A DNA stretch of 64,000 bases. Origin: an uncultured archaeon (lineage in GTDB: Archaea; Aenigmatarchaeota; Aenigmatarchaeia; QMZP01). The notes beneath the pieces were generated by a model. That model saw nothing but the letters and a program-made list of their open reading frames with translations. It ran no database searches and was not told the DNA's origin. The stretch lies in NCBI GenBank assembly GCA_964498245.1, contig CAZCGK010000001.1:36581-100580 (forward strand), in the 5' to 3' direction. This document shows positions 37,872-47,550 of this stretch, in pieces. Positions within the stretch are counted from its first letter, which is position 1, and the number at the start of each line of letters is the position of its first letter. The translations under genes were made by a program, and so were the position numbers.

Positions 37872-39524
37872 CTATGGGGATTTATGTTTTATGCAGGCTT
37901 CCACAAATCCAAGAAAGAGTGGGTTTGGATTCATGAATCTGGATGTGAACTCTGGATGTGCCTGTGTTGCAACAAAGAACGGATGGCCTGGAAGTTCCAA
38001 AAATTCCATAAGTCTTCTATCAGGCGAAACCCCAGAAAACACAAGACCTCTGCTCTCCAGCATTTCTATGTACTCTGGATTTACCTCATATCTGTGCCTG
38101 TGACGTTCTTTTACAAGTTCTTTTCCATAAAGCCTGTAAACAAGTGTTCCCTCTTTTAATTTCGCTGGATATGCACCCAGCCTCATCGTTGCACCATACC
38201 CTTTTTTCCTGAGTATTTCTTTCTGCTCCGGCAGTATGTCTATAACCGGATATTTTGTGTTTTTATCTATTTCGGTGGTGTGCGCATCTTTCATTCCGCA
38301 TACATTTCTTGCAAATTCCACAACAGCGAGTTGCATACCATAGCACAGTCCAAGGTAAGGTATTTTATTCTCTCTGCAATATTTAATGGCTACAATCTTT
38401 CCTTCCACACCAGAACTACCAAAACCTCCAGGCACTATTATTCCATGGTATTGTTTAAGCACATTGATATTTTCTGGATTTTTTTCAAACATTTTAGAAT
38501 CTATCCATTCTATTTTTGGTTTTACACCGAGTTTCCATGAAGCGTGTTTTACAGCCTCTATTACGGAGATATAGGAATCTTCCAATGCAAAATCCCCTAT
38601 ATCAAAATACTTGCCCACTATGCCTATTTTTATTTCATCCTTCAGATTTTTTATTTTCTGTATCAATTCCTCCCATTCTTTCATATCATAAGTTTCTTTC
38701 TGAATGTCGAATTTTTCAAGAATCTTATCAACAAACTTCTGCTTTTGAAATATCAGGGGTACTTCGTATATCACATCAACATCCGGGTTTGATATAACCC
38801 TTTCTGGTGTGATATTGCAGAATATTGATAGCTTTTCCCTTCTCACATCATCTATATTTTTTTCTGCACGGGCAACTATAAAATCAGGTTGAATACCAAG
38901 CTCATTGAGTTTTCTTACAGAGTGCTGTGCTGGTTTTGTTTTCATTTCTCCAAGATTGGCTGGTATGGGCAAATAAACAACATGAATGAAAACTATAGGG
39001 TCTCCTTTCAGATGCATTCTCCTCACAGCCTCGAGGAAAAGTACATTTTGATAGTCTCCGACGGTTCCGCCAATCTCAATGAGAACAAAATCAGAATCTG
39101 TTTTTTCAGCGACCTCCTTTATTCTTCTTTCCACTTCTTCCGGGATGTGTGGTATTACTTCAACACACTTTCCATCAAACTCAAGGTTTCTCTCCATTTC
39201 TATAACTCTGAGATACACCTGTCCGGTGGTTATATTGTTCATTTTTGATATCGCTTTTCCGAGAAACCTTTCATATATGCCGAGGTCCTGATCGGTCTCC
39301 CCACCATCTTCTGTAACAAACACTTCTCCGTGTTCTGTTGGTCTCATTGTTCCGGCGTCAACATTTATATACGGGTCTATTTTGATTATAGTCACATTGA
39401 AACCTTTAGATTGGAGGAGAACCCCTATAGAAGCTGTTACTGTTCCCTTTCCGAGACCAGAAATGACTCCTCCTGTAACAACTATGTACCTTCTCTTTTT
39501 TGTAGAACGGCTGTTTTCTTGCAT
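37872..39524 (-). CDS. pyrG: CTP synthase
   Basis: N-terminal VVTGGVISGLGKG, glutamine amidotransferase domain GLCYGMQ...HRHRYE, 550 aa. Confidence 0.9.
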   Translation of the reverse strand: MQENSRSTKKRRYIVVTGGVISGLGKGTVTASIGVLLQSKGFNVTIIKIDPYINVDAGTMRPTEHGEVFVTEDGGETDQDLGIYERFLGKAISKMNNITTGQVYLRVIEMERNLEFDGKCVEVIPHIPEEVERRIKEVAEKTDSDFVLIEIGGTVGDYQNVLFLEAVRRMHLKGDPIVFIHVVYLPIPANLGEMKTKPAQHSVRKLNELGIQPDFIVARAEKNIDDVRREKLSIFCNITPERVISNPDVDVIYEVPLIFQKQKFVDKILEKFDIQKETYDMKEWEELIQKIKNLKDEIKIGIVGKYFDIGDFALEDSYISVIEAVKHASWKLGVKPKIEWIDSKMFEKNPENINVLKQYHGIIVPGGFGSSGVEGKIVAIKYCRENKIPYLGLCYGMQLAVVEFARNVCGMKDAHTTEIDKNTKYPVIDILPEQKEILRKKGYGATMRLGAYPAKLKEGTLVYRLYGKELVKERHRHRYEVNPEYIEMLESRGLVFSGVSPDRRLMEFLELPGHPFFVATQAHPEFTSRFMNPNPLFLGFVEACIKHKSP

Positions 39525-39555
39525 TTTCTTATATACAAAAGAAGAAATAAAAAGT

Positions 39556-39960
39556 TTAAATCTCGAGAATTTCTACCTGGTTCTTTTTTCCCTTCTTTTT
39601 CATTTTCTGAAATATCTCGAAATTTTTCTTTGTGTCTATTATAAAATTGCCTGAAAGGATGTTTCTCCCTATGATAACGGGAAATGTCATGTGCGATCTG
39701 TCCTGAACGTTAACCTCAGTTTCAAATTCCCTTCCCTTTATCACAATTTTCGCTCTCACAACAGGCCTTCTTATTTCCATTTTTAGTGAGGGGTTTTTTA
39801 TCGTGGTTGTTCTTACTATGGGTCCAAGTCTGGCCTTAGCAGCCAGTTTCATGTCCACTGAAGTTGAGCTCGCACCGCTATCACACAAAGCAATCGTTTC
39901 TATTTCCTTTTCACCTATTACCTTGATTTTCTCAACAATGCCAACGATATCTTTTTTCAT
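39556..39960 (-). CDS. Retropepsin-like aspartic peptidase domain protein (COG4067-like)
   Basis: LCDSGASSTSV (D-S/T-G-A) signature in a 134 aa protein. Confidence 0.45.
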   Translation of the reverse strand: MKKDIVGIVEKIKVIGEKEIETIALCDSGASSTSVDMKLAAKARLGPIVRTTTIKNPSLKMEIRRPVVRAKIVIKGREFETEVNVQDRSHMTFPVIIGRNILSGNFIIDTKKNFEIFQKMKKKGKKNQVEILEI

Positions 39961-39992
39961 AATTTTTATATTGGTCTCTCTCAGTTATTAAT

Positions 39993-41510
39993 ATGTCTCC
40001 TGCCTTTGTCAAACATCCTCTTATTAAAGAAAATGTAATAGAATATCGTGAATATCAGAATAACATACTCAATACAGCACTTGAGAAAAACACATTATGC
40101 GTTCTGCCTACAGGATTGGGAAAAACACCTATAGCTGTCATGCTTACTGCTCACAGGCTTTACACATTCCCTGAATCCAAAGCTTTGATTCTTGCACCCA
40201 CAAGACCTTTAGCTGCACAGCACTATAGAACATTTATCAAATTTCTGAACCTTCCCGAAGAGAAGTTTCAGATAATAACCGGCACAACAAAACCAGAAAA
40301 ACGGGAAATGCTTTACAAAGAAAAGACTGTTTTTTTCGCCACACCACAGACCATAAAAAACGATATCCAGGATGGAAGACTCTCTCTCAAAAACTTTTCA
40401 CTTTTGGTAATAGACGAAACACACCATGCTATTGGCGGTTATGCGTATCCTTATATAGTAGAAAGGTATCTGCAAGAGGCTGAAAATCAGAGAATTCTGG
40501 GTTTAACAGCATCTCCTGGAGGAGATGTAGAAAAAATAGCGGAGATATGTAAAAATGCTGGTGTGGAGAGTATAGAGATAAGGACAGAGCATGATGAAGA
40601 TGTCATACCGTATGTAATGGAGAAAAAGATAGAATGGATATACGTTGAACTTCCTGAAAGCTTTAGAAAGGTAAGGAACATGATTCAATGTGCCCTAGAT
40701 GAGAAAATAGCAGTGTTAAGGAGGTTAGGCATTACTCTGAGAAAAAACCCCAGCAGAAAGGATCTGCTTACCCTGCAATCACGGCTGAGAAGGGAATCTG
40801 AGAAAAGGGCAAATATAGCGCTTATCTGTGTTGCAGAGGCTTTAAAACTGGAACATGCAATCACATTACTGGAAACTCAGGGTGTTAACATTCTGGAAAG
40901 TTACTGGAAAAAACTGAGGTCTAGCCATTCGAAGATTGACAAGAGATTGGTCAGCAACAGAATGGTATCAAATGCGATGTGGCTTACGCAAAGTATGGTT
41001 GAAACCGGTGCAAAGCATCCGAAAATAAGCAAACTATGTTCTGTGATTTATAATGAACTTAAAGAGAAACCGGATTCCAAGATAATAATTTTTGCTAACT
41101 ACAGAAATACTGTGAAGGAGATTGTAAAAGCGCTGTCTGGTGTATCAAATGCCAGACCTGTAGAGTTTGTGGGACAGAAAGAGGGAATGACTCAGAAAGA
41201 ACAGATAAAGAGAATAAAAGAATTTTCTGAAGGAAAATACAACATCCTTGTTGCAACATCTGTTGCAGAGGAAGGAATGGATATAGAAAAGGCTGATACA
41301 GCAATTTTTTACGAACCTGTGCCCTCAGGTATACGGTTTATACAGAGAAGAGGCAGGGTTGGAAGACATTCTCTTGGAAAAATAATAGTTTTAATAACCA
41401 AAAAAACCAGAGATGAAGTGTATTATTGGTCGGCTGTAGCGAAGGAGAGAGAAATGAAAAAAACACTTTATGGAATGAAGTATACACTTTCTGAAAATTT
41501 TTGGAAATGA
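39993..41510 (+). CDS. ERCC4-related (Hef/FANCM-type) SF2 helicase, helicase domains only
   Basis: Motif I LPTGLGKT, Ia ILAPTRPLAAQH, II VIDETHH, VI QRRGRVGR. 505 aa with no nuclease domain. Confidence 0.65.
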   Translation: MSPAFVKHPLIKENVIEYREYQNNILNTALEKNTLCVLPTGLGKTPIAVMLTAHRLYTFPESKALILAPTRPLAAQHYRTFIKFLNLPEEKFQIITGTTKPEKREMLYKEKTVFFATPQTIKNDIQDGRLSLKNFSLLVIDETHHAIGGYAYPYIVERYLQEAENQRILGLTASPGGDVEKIAEICKNAGVESIEIRTEHDEDVIPYVMEKKIEWIYVELPESFRKVRNMIQCALDEKIAVLRRLGITLRKNPSRKDLLTLQSRLRRESEKRANIALICVAEALKLEHAITLLETQGVNILESYWKKLRSSHSKIDKRLVSNRMVSNAMWLTQSMVETGAKHPKISKLCSVIYNELKEKPDSKIIIFANYRNTVKEIVKALSGVSNARPVEFVGQKEGMTQKEQIKRIKEFSEGKYNILVATSVAEEGMDIEKADTAIFYEPVPSGIRFIQRRGRVGRHSLGKIIVLITKKTRDEVYYWSAVAKEREMKKTLYGMKYTLSENFWK

Positions 41511-41627
41511 AAATCAATTAATTCATTATATATATTCATGTATAGAAATATTTATAAAAGGAAAGCATTAATATATATTAGTTTTGTCTGATAGTCACTA
41601 AATAGGGGTAACAAATGGGGTTTTAGC

Positions 41628-42596
41628 ATGGAAGATGAAATAAAATGTCCTGAATGTGGATCAAAACACATAAGATATGATCATGTAAGAGGAGAATCTG
41701 TATGTGAGGTATGCGGTTCTGTTGTTAAGGAATCAATAATCGATCTCACTCAAGAATGGAGAGCATTTGATGAAGAGCAGAGATCAAGAAGGGTGAGAAC
41801 CGGGGCGGCCCTGACACCAACGAAGCATGATGAGGGGATAACAACTGAGATAGGCAAGGGTCGTGGAGAACTTTTCAAGGTTTCCTCAAAAAAGCGTGCT
41901 CAATATTACAGAATTACCAAATGGCACAAGAGATTGATAAAATCCAAGGATAGAAATCTCTCCTTTGCTTTCTCAGAACTGCAAAGACTTATTTCTTATC
42001 TGAATCTCTCCAGGGCAATCCATGAAAAGGTTGCAAAGCTTTATCAGCACGCTGTTAACAAGGGTCTTGTTAGAGGAAGGTCAACAGAATCCATAATTGC
42101 TGCCCTGCTCTACACAACCTGCAGAGAGGAGGGTGCTCCAAGAACTCTGGATGAGATATCCAAGGCTTCTGGAATAAACAAGAGGGAAATAGGCAAAACA
42201 TACAGATATATATCCAGAAAGCTGGGTATAAGAATACTTCCAGCAAAGGCACAGGATTACATACCGAGATTTGGTTCTCTTTTAGGCTTGTCAGAAAGGG
42301 TTCAGGTTCGTGCGGTTGAACTTCTGGAAGCAGCGGGAAATTCTGATGTTACATCAGGAAAAGGCCCGATAGGTGTGGCAGCTGCTGCTCTTTACATAGC
42401 TGCTGTTCTGGATGGTGAGAAAAAAACACAGAGAGAGGTTGCGGATGCAATTGGTGTTACTGAGGTGACCATAAGAAACAGATACAAGGAAATGGTGGAA
42501 AGTTTGGGTATAAAGGATGAGATAGAGGAAAAGATTAAAGAAGAAAGTAACGAGGAAGATAATAAGGATAAGAAAGACACAGACAAAAAGGAATGA
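41628..42596 (+). CDS. tfb: Transcription initiation factor IIB (TFB)
   Basis: N-terminal Zn ribbon CPECGS...CEVCG, two cyclin-like repeats, and a C-terminal K/D/E-rich tail. Several A/T-rich TATA-like stretches lie upstream (e.g. TTTATAAAAG near 41551). Confidence 0.9.
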   Translation: MEDEIKCPECGSKHIRYDHVRGESVCEVCGSVVKESIIDLTQEWRAFDEEQRSRRVRTGAALTPTKHDEGITTEIGKGRGELFKVSSKKRAQYYRITKWHKRLIKSKDRNLSFAFSELQRLISYLNLSRAIHEKVAKLYQHAVNKGLVRGRSTESIIAALLYTTCREEGAPRTLDEISKASGINKREIGKTYRYISRKLGIRILPAKAQDYIPRFGSLLGLSERVQVRAVELLEAAGNSDVTSGKGPIGVAAAALYIAAVLDGEKKTQREVADAIGVTEVTIRNRYKEMVESLGIKDEIEEKIKEESNEEDNKDKKDTDKKE

Positions 42597-42833
42597 AAAA
42601 TCAGATTGCCCGTCATAATCATCACCCTTCAAGGTTCTTTTTAAATTCTTTCATCATCTATTGAAGGTGATAGAAGATTATATAAAAAATTTATCATGAT
42701 CGTTCAATATTCATAATCTCGCTTACTCAGCAACCATTTCCAAAGAGGTACGAAAGTAATCTTGTTTGGATTAGTTTCTTTTATTCTGGAAAATTAACCT
42801 ATATATATTAATTGAGGATAAAAATAATATTAT

Positions 42834-43286
42834 ATGATAGAAGAGGAGTACGAAATAATTCCAACTTCTCCGTTAAGAAGGCTTGAGAAGAGGATAAGCA
42901 AACTTGAGGAATCCAGTCAATCTTCCCAGATAAATAAACTTATAGAGCAGATTATTGAACTTATTAAATCCAATCAGAGGGTAATAGATGATGTGGTTAA
43001 ATCAGACAGTGAGCTTAGAAATGAGATCTCAAAGCTCCCGGGAAAAATAGATGCGCTTGTTTCAATGATGAAAGAGTTCATAGAGATGTTGAAGGCTTCC
43101 GCGGCAGAGGAAACCACAACAGAGACATCCAAAGAGATTGTTGAACCCATGATTAAAAAAATTGATGAGCTTATAGAACAGAACAGACAGAATCTGGAGG
43201 CAAGTAAAGCGATACTTACAAATTTAAGTGCAATAGATAATAGATTGAAAAGAATATATATGCAGTATTCATCCACGGTGAGGTAA
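42834..43286 (+). CDS. Coiled-coil protein; first gene of the pilus locus (150 aa)
   Basis: Heptad-rich, no TM. Co-oriented and tightly spaced with the pilin genes. Confidence 0.4.
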   Translation: MIEEEYEIIPTSPLRRLEKRISKLEESSQSSQINKLIEQIIELIKSNQRVIDDVVKSDSELRNEISKLPGKIDALVSMMKEFIEMLKASAAEETTTETSKEIVEPMIKKIDELIEQNRQNLEASKAILTNLSAIDNRLKRIYMQYSSTVR

Positions 43287-43329
43287 ATAATATAAACCTG
43301 AGATTATTAAAAAATAAAGGAGGAAGAAA

Positions 43330-43785
43330 ATGAAAAAGGGAATAACGCCCATCATTTCGGTAATAGTTCTTTTGCTTATAACAATTGCTCTTGCAGGAGC
43401 TGCATGGACATTTTTAAATCAGTATCTTTCAGGTACCACTGGCAAGAATCTTCAGATGATAGATTCTTACTGTCAAGGTGGCACAACAGCAAAGATTGTG
43501 CTCAAGAATGTAGGGACCGAAGCGATAAACATAGGGAACTGTAATGTAGGAATGTCCGGAACAGAGACATCATGTGGAGACGTTATAGTTGTAAGAACAG
43601 ATGGAGGAGGGCTTAATGGTTCTGTCTTAACCCCAAACACAGGTGGAAATACCATCCCTTCTCAGGGGCTTGCAACGTTCACTGATAATAACTGTACGGT
43701 GACCGGAACACCAAAAACATGCATTTACAGATTTGTTGTAGGAACTCTTGGTGCAGTACAAGCAATAGTAACGTGCTCTGGCTGA
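43330..43785 (+). CDS. Type IV pilin-like protein (class III signal peptide)
   Basis: MKKG|ITPIISVIVLLLITIALAGAAW: a prepilin peptidase site plus a hydrophobic N-terminal helix. A GGAGG RBS lies upstream. Confidence 0.7.
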   Translation: MKKGITPIISVIVLLLITIALAGAAWTFLNQYLSGTTGKNLQMIDSYCQGGTTAKIVLKNVGTEAINIGNCNVGMSGTETSCGDVIVVRTDGGGLNGSVLTPNTGGNTIPSQGLATFTDNNCTVTGTPKTCIYRFVVGTLGAVQAIVTCSG

Positions 43786-43804
43786 GTAAACAGCTTTTGA
43801 AAGT

Positions 43805-44419
43805 ATGAAGAAAGCCCAAACCCAAACAATATCCGTAGTTTTAATGACAGGGATAATTATTAGCCTTGCTGGTGCGGCATATCTTTGGGGAAAACCACTA
43901 ATAGAAAAGAGAATGACTATATCAGACTTTACAAATGCGCTGGATTTTGTTCTCGATCTGGATAAAAAAATAGTGGATGTTGTGAATTCAGGTTCTGGTT
44001 CCTTTGAGATAGATATACCTAAAGGCACTTTGAGAGTTGTTCCGTATGGTGCGAACGACCCAGATAATAATTCAATAATATATGAAATTCTGGTTAGCCA
44101 GCCAATTGCATATAATGCAAGTACAATACTCATTAAGACCGAAAGTGATGATCCTGTAGGCATGTATGGAGAGGCTGAACCGAGAATTATAACCCTCAGT
44201 ACACTCTCTACTGGAGGAAATCTGTATCAATTGAGATTTAAAATACACTATCGAGAGCTCATCACAAAAACAAAGGGTTACAGGATAGCTTTAGATTCGG
44301 TAAGCAAGAGTGGAAACAAAAGGATTACAGTTACGTTCGACAAAAAAGAGATACAGCCTCTTCAGGCAAGCAATAATGGAGATTTAATACTCAATTATGT
44401 AAAAATTACCGTAATTTAA
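43805..44419 (+). CDS. Type IV pilin-like protein (class III signal peptide)
   Basis: MKKA|QTQTISVVLMTGIIISLAGAAYLWG. Confidence 0.7.
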   Translation: MKKAQTQTISVVLMTGIIISLAGAAYLWGKPLIEKRMTISDFTNALDFVLDLDKKIVDVVNSGSGSFEIDIPKGTLRVVPYGANDPDNNSIIYEILVSQPIAYNASTILIKTESDDPVGMYGEAEPRIITLSTLSTGGNLYQLRFKIHYRELITKTKGYRIALDSVSKSGNKRITVTFDKKEIQPLQASNNGDLILNYVKITVI

Positions 44420-44450
44420 AAATTTATCACCAAACACACAAATCTAATTT

Positions 44451-44897
44451 ATGAGAAAACTAAAAGCCGCTTCATTTATATTTGAACAGGTTATGCTTTT
44501 TTTAATGGGTGTTGTGATATTTACTGCGTGTTTTTTCGTTTTTCAGAGTTACCAATCGTATTTTGAAGAAATAAGTGTAAGAAACCAGCTTAACGAAATA
44601 AAGGATGCTGTGATCTCTTATATAATCAAGCTTGCTGAAGGCGGGAAGGATACCATCTCATACATAAAAATAAAATTCTGCAGACCGCCGGGCAGTAACT
44701 GTTTTCCTTATAAAGTGGGAAATGAAGATTATCTCATATCACTTTCCGATGATGGTGTAAATGTTACTGCTATTTCATCTGGTATCACTGTACATTCTGA
44801 TGTATATTTACTCAATATTTCTCTCGATGGTACTGTTTACAGTTCAGCAGGAGATTTTGTGATTTATAAGAGTGGAAACAAAATTATAATAAAATAG
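44451..44897 (+). CDS. Pilin-like / pseudopilin-like protein with bacterial-type Glu+5
   Basis: MRKLKA|ASFIFEQVMLFLMGVVIFTACFFVF: cleavage after Ala would place Glu at +5. Confidence 0.45.
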   Translation: MRKLKAASFIFEQVMLFLMGVVIFTACFFVFQSYQSYFEEISVRNQLNEIKDAVISYIIKLAEGGKDTISYIKIKFCRPPGSNCFPYKVGNEDYLISLSDDGVNVTAISSGITVHSDVYLLNISLDGTVYSSAGDFVIYKSGNKIIIK

Positions 44898-44908
44898 GAA
44901 GGGAAAAT

Positions 44909-46663
44909 ATGAGCGGATATCTATCTGCAAGAAAAATACTAAAAGTCCTGAGAAGGGGTTGTATAGCACTTGAGAAAAAAAGAATAGAAAAGGGGGAAAT
45001 GCAAGCTCCATTTCCTTACATGGTTTTTCCAGCCACGGTCACCACAACCGAGACCCAGCACCTTAAAAAGGAACCCGAAGGAATAGAACTTACCCATGTA
45101 ACCACATCAGGCTTATTCAATCTTTCCATTACACAGGAAATGGAAAAAAAGGATATTCAGAGTATTGATATTACCTATAATCTTATACCTCGCTCTCCAA
45201 AAAAGGGTGAGAAGGTTTTTGCCTATGCACACATCCACTGGGATAAAAATCGTGGAGAACTCATTTATGATGTAGTTGAACCTCCTTTATCTCAACATGA
45301 CAAGGAGCTGATAGAAAAACTCAAAAGAGAGCTTGAAGAGAGACTGGATGTTAATTTTTATAAAATAGGTGTGATAAAGGCTAAAGACCTTCTCAGGGAA
45401 GAAGTGTTAAACATCCTTTCGGAGGAAGGTGGTTTGAGTGATGAGCAAAAAGAGGTACTTCTCTACTATATAGAGAGGGATATAATCGGTTTGGGAAAAA
45501 TAGAACCATTAATGAACGATCCAAATATAGAGGATATATCGTGTGATGGAGTCAACATTCCTATCTATGTTTATCACAGGGATACCAGAATAGGTTCTGT
45601 AAAGACTAATGTCATATTTGAAGATGAAGAAGAGCTCAACACATTTGTAATAAAACTTGCACAGAAATGCAGAAAAACGATAAATATAGCGGAACCTTTG
45701 CTTGATGCAGCGCTTCCAGATGGTTCAAGGGTTCAGGCAACCTTGGGCACGGATATAGCGAGAAAGGGCTCTAACTTTACCATAAGGAAATTCACGGAAG
45801 AGCCTTTAACTCCCATCCACATGTTAAAATACGGGACACTGGATTCCACTCAGCTTGCGTACCTGTGGCTTGCTGTGGAAAACGGGCAATCTATACTGAT
45901 CTCTGGTGGAACTGCTACTGGAAAGACATCCTTACTAAATGCTCTTTCACTTTTCATCAAACCCAGTCTTAAGGTTGTAAGTATAGAGGATACACCCGAA
46001 CTCAGGCTTCCTCACCCTCACTGGATACCGGAGGTTGCAAGAACACCACTTTCAGAAAAGGAAAGGCACGGGGAGGTTACGCTTTTTGATTTGCTCAAGT
46101 CTTCATTAAGACAGAGACCTGATTACATAGTTATGGGAGAGGTTAGAGGAAAGGAGGCTTTTGTTCTCTTTCAGCAAATGGCTACCGGACACCCAAGTCT
46201 TGCAACAATACATGCTGCTTCTATTTCACAGCTTATTGACAGGTTGACGACTCCACCGATATCCCTTCCACCAACATTACTTGAAAATATAAATATAATT
46301 GTATTTTTGGTCATGTCAAGAATAGGAGAGAAGTATGTAAGAAGGGCCAACACCATAATAGAGATTGTTGGTATTGAAAAAGACAGACCAGTAACAAAGG
46401 ATGTGTTCAAATGGGATGCAAGGAGAGACAGGTTTGCTATTGTAGGCAAGTCAACTGTTCTAAGGAATATAGCATTAAAGCTTGGAATGGATGAAAAAAA
46501 GATAAAACAGGAATTGATAAGGAGAAAACTTGTATTAGAATGGATGCTGATCGAAGGTATCACGGATTATGTTGAGTTCGCAAAAATTGTGAGTAGATAC
46601 TATTCTAACCCTCAAAGCATTCTTAATCTCATCAAGAATAAATATCCTTTTTTAGCTTTATAG
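44909..46663 (+). CDS. Type II/IV secretion system ATPase (FlaI/TadA/VirB11/GspE family)
   Basis: Walker A SGGTATGKTS, Asp box, Walker B DYIVMGEVRG, His box TGHPSLATIHA. 584 aa. Confidence 0.85.
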   Translation: MSGYLSARKILKVLRRGCIALEKKRIEKGEMQAPFPYMVFPATVTTTETQHLKKEPEGIELTHVTTSGLFNLSITQEMEKKDIQSIDITYNLIPRSPKKGEKVFAYAHIHWDKNRGELIYDVVEPPLSQHDKELIEKLKRELEERLDVNFYKIGVIKAKDLLREEVLNILSEEGGLSDEQKEVLLYYIERDIIGLGKIEPLMNDPNIEDISCDGVNIPIYVYHRDTRIGSVKTNVIFEDEEELNTFVIKLAQKCRKTINIAEPLLDAALPDGSRVQATLGTDIARKGSNFTIRKFTEEPLTPIHMLKYGTLDSTQLAYLWLAVENGQSILISGGTATGKTSLLNALSLFIKPSLKVVSIEDTPELRLPHPHWIPEVARTPLSEKERHGEVTLFDLLKSSLRQRPDYIVMGEVRGKEAFVLFQQMATGHPSLATIHAASISQLIDRLTTPPISLPPTLLENINIIVFLVMSRIGEKYVRRANTIIEIVGIEKDRPVTKDVFKWDARRDRFAIVGKSTVLRNIALKLGMDEKKIKQELIRRKLVLEWMLIEGITDYVEFAKIVSRYYSNPQSILNLIKNKYPFLAL

Positions 46664-46667
46664 GTGC

Positions 46668-47546
46668 TTGAAGATGAAAAAAATTGCATTGATGCTGTTT
46701 GGGGATATAGTAAAACGGTACGTGCCTTATTTCGATACACTCAAAACCAATCTGAAAAAAGCTGGAATAAAGACGCCTGTGCATGAATATTTGTGTAATA
46801 TACTGTTCTATTCGCTTATAACTCTGATTGTATCCATGATTGCAGGGTCTTTTTTTGTTACGCTTCTCATAGGCAATGTGATACCGATTGCAACAGCTGC
46901 AGATATGATATTCGCATATACCTTTTCAATACTACTGTCCATCATTCTTTCAGGAATGATATTTTTATTAGGTTATTATTATCCTTCACTGCTCGCTAAA
47001 AACATGAAAAATAAAATAGACAGATCTCTTCCCTTTGCTGTTTTTTACATGGCAACATCAGCTTCCTCAGGCATAAATCCTGTGGAGATTTTTAAGGCTT
47101 TGGCAAAAAAAGGTGGAATAATAGGCAAAGAAGCGGAAAGGATATATAACGATGTTACATCTCTTGGTATGGATCTTCCCACAGCTATAGAAAGAGCAGC
47201 AAACAGAACACCTTCAGAAATGTTTTCTGATCTCTTGTGGGGAATGTCCTCGGTTATAACCACAGGAGGGGATATTGAAAAATACCTGTCTGGTAAAACA
47301 CGAGTGTTTATGAACCATTACAGAAGATCGCTTAACGAGTATGCAAAAACAATCTCTCTATATACAGAGATATACATTACTCTTGTGATAATAGGTTCGC
47401 TTTTTTCCATAGTTTTAACAGCCATGATGACCCCTTTAGCAGGAAATGTTTTAATGCTTCAAACCTTTCTTGTATTCTTTGTCATACCTTTGGTTTCAAT
47501 AGGGTTTATCATTCTTGTGAGGGGTATATCTCCATCAGAGGTGTAG
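46668..47546 (+). CDS. FlaJ/TadC-like platform protein, N-terminal half (split gene)
   Basis: T2SS-F domain PFAVFYMATSASSGINPVEIFKAL...LPTAIERAA flanked by TM helices. Confidence 0.65.
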   Translation: MKMKKIALMLFGDIVKRYVPYFDTLKTNLKKAGIKTPVHEYLCNILFYSLITLIVSMIAGSFFVTLLIGNVIPIATAADMIFAYTFSILLSIILSGMIFLLGYYYPSLLAKNMKNKIDRSLPFAVFYMATSASSGINPVEIFKALAKKGGIIGKEAERIYNDVTSLGMDLPTAIERAANRTPSEMFSDLLWGMSSVITTGGDIEKYLSGKTRVFMNHYRRSLNEYAKTISLYTEIYITLVIIGSLFSIVLTAMMTPLAGNVLMLQTFLVFFVIPLVSIGFIILVRGISPSEV

Positions 47547-47550
47547 ATCA

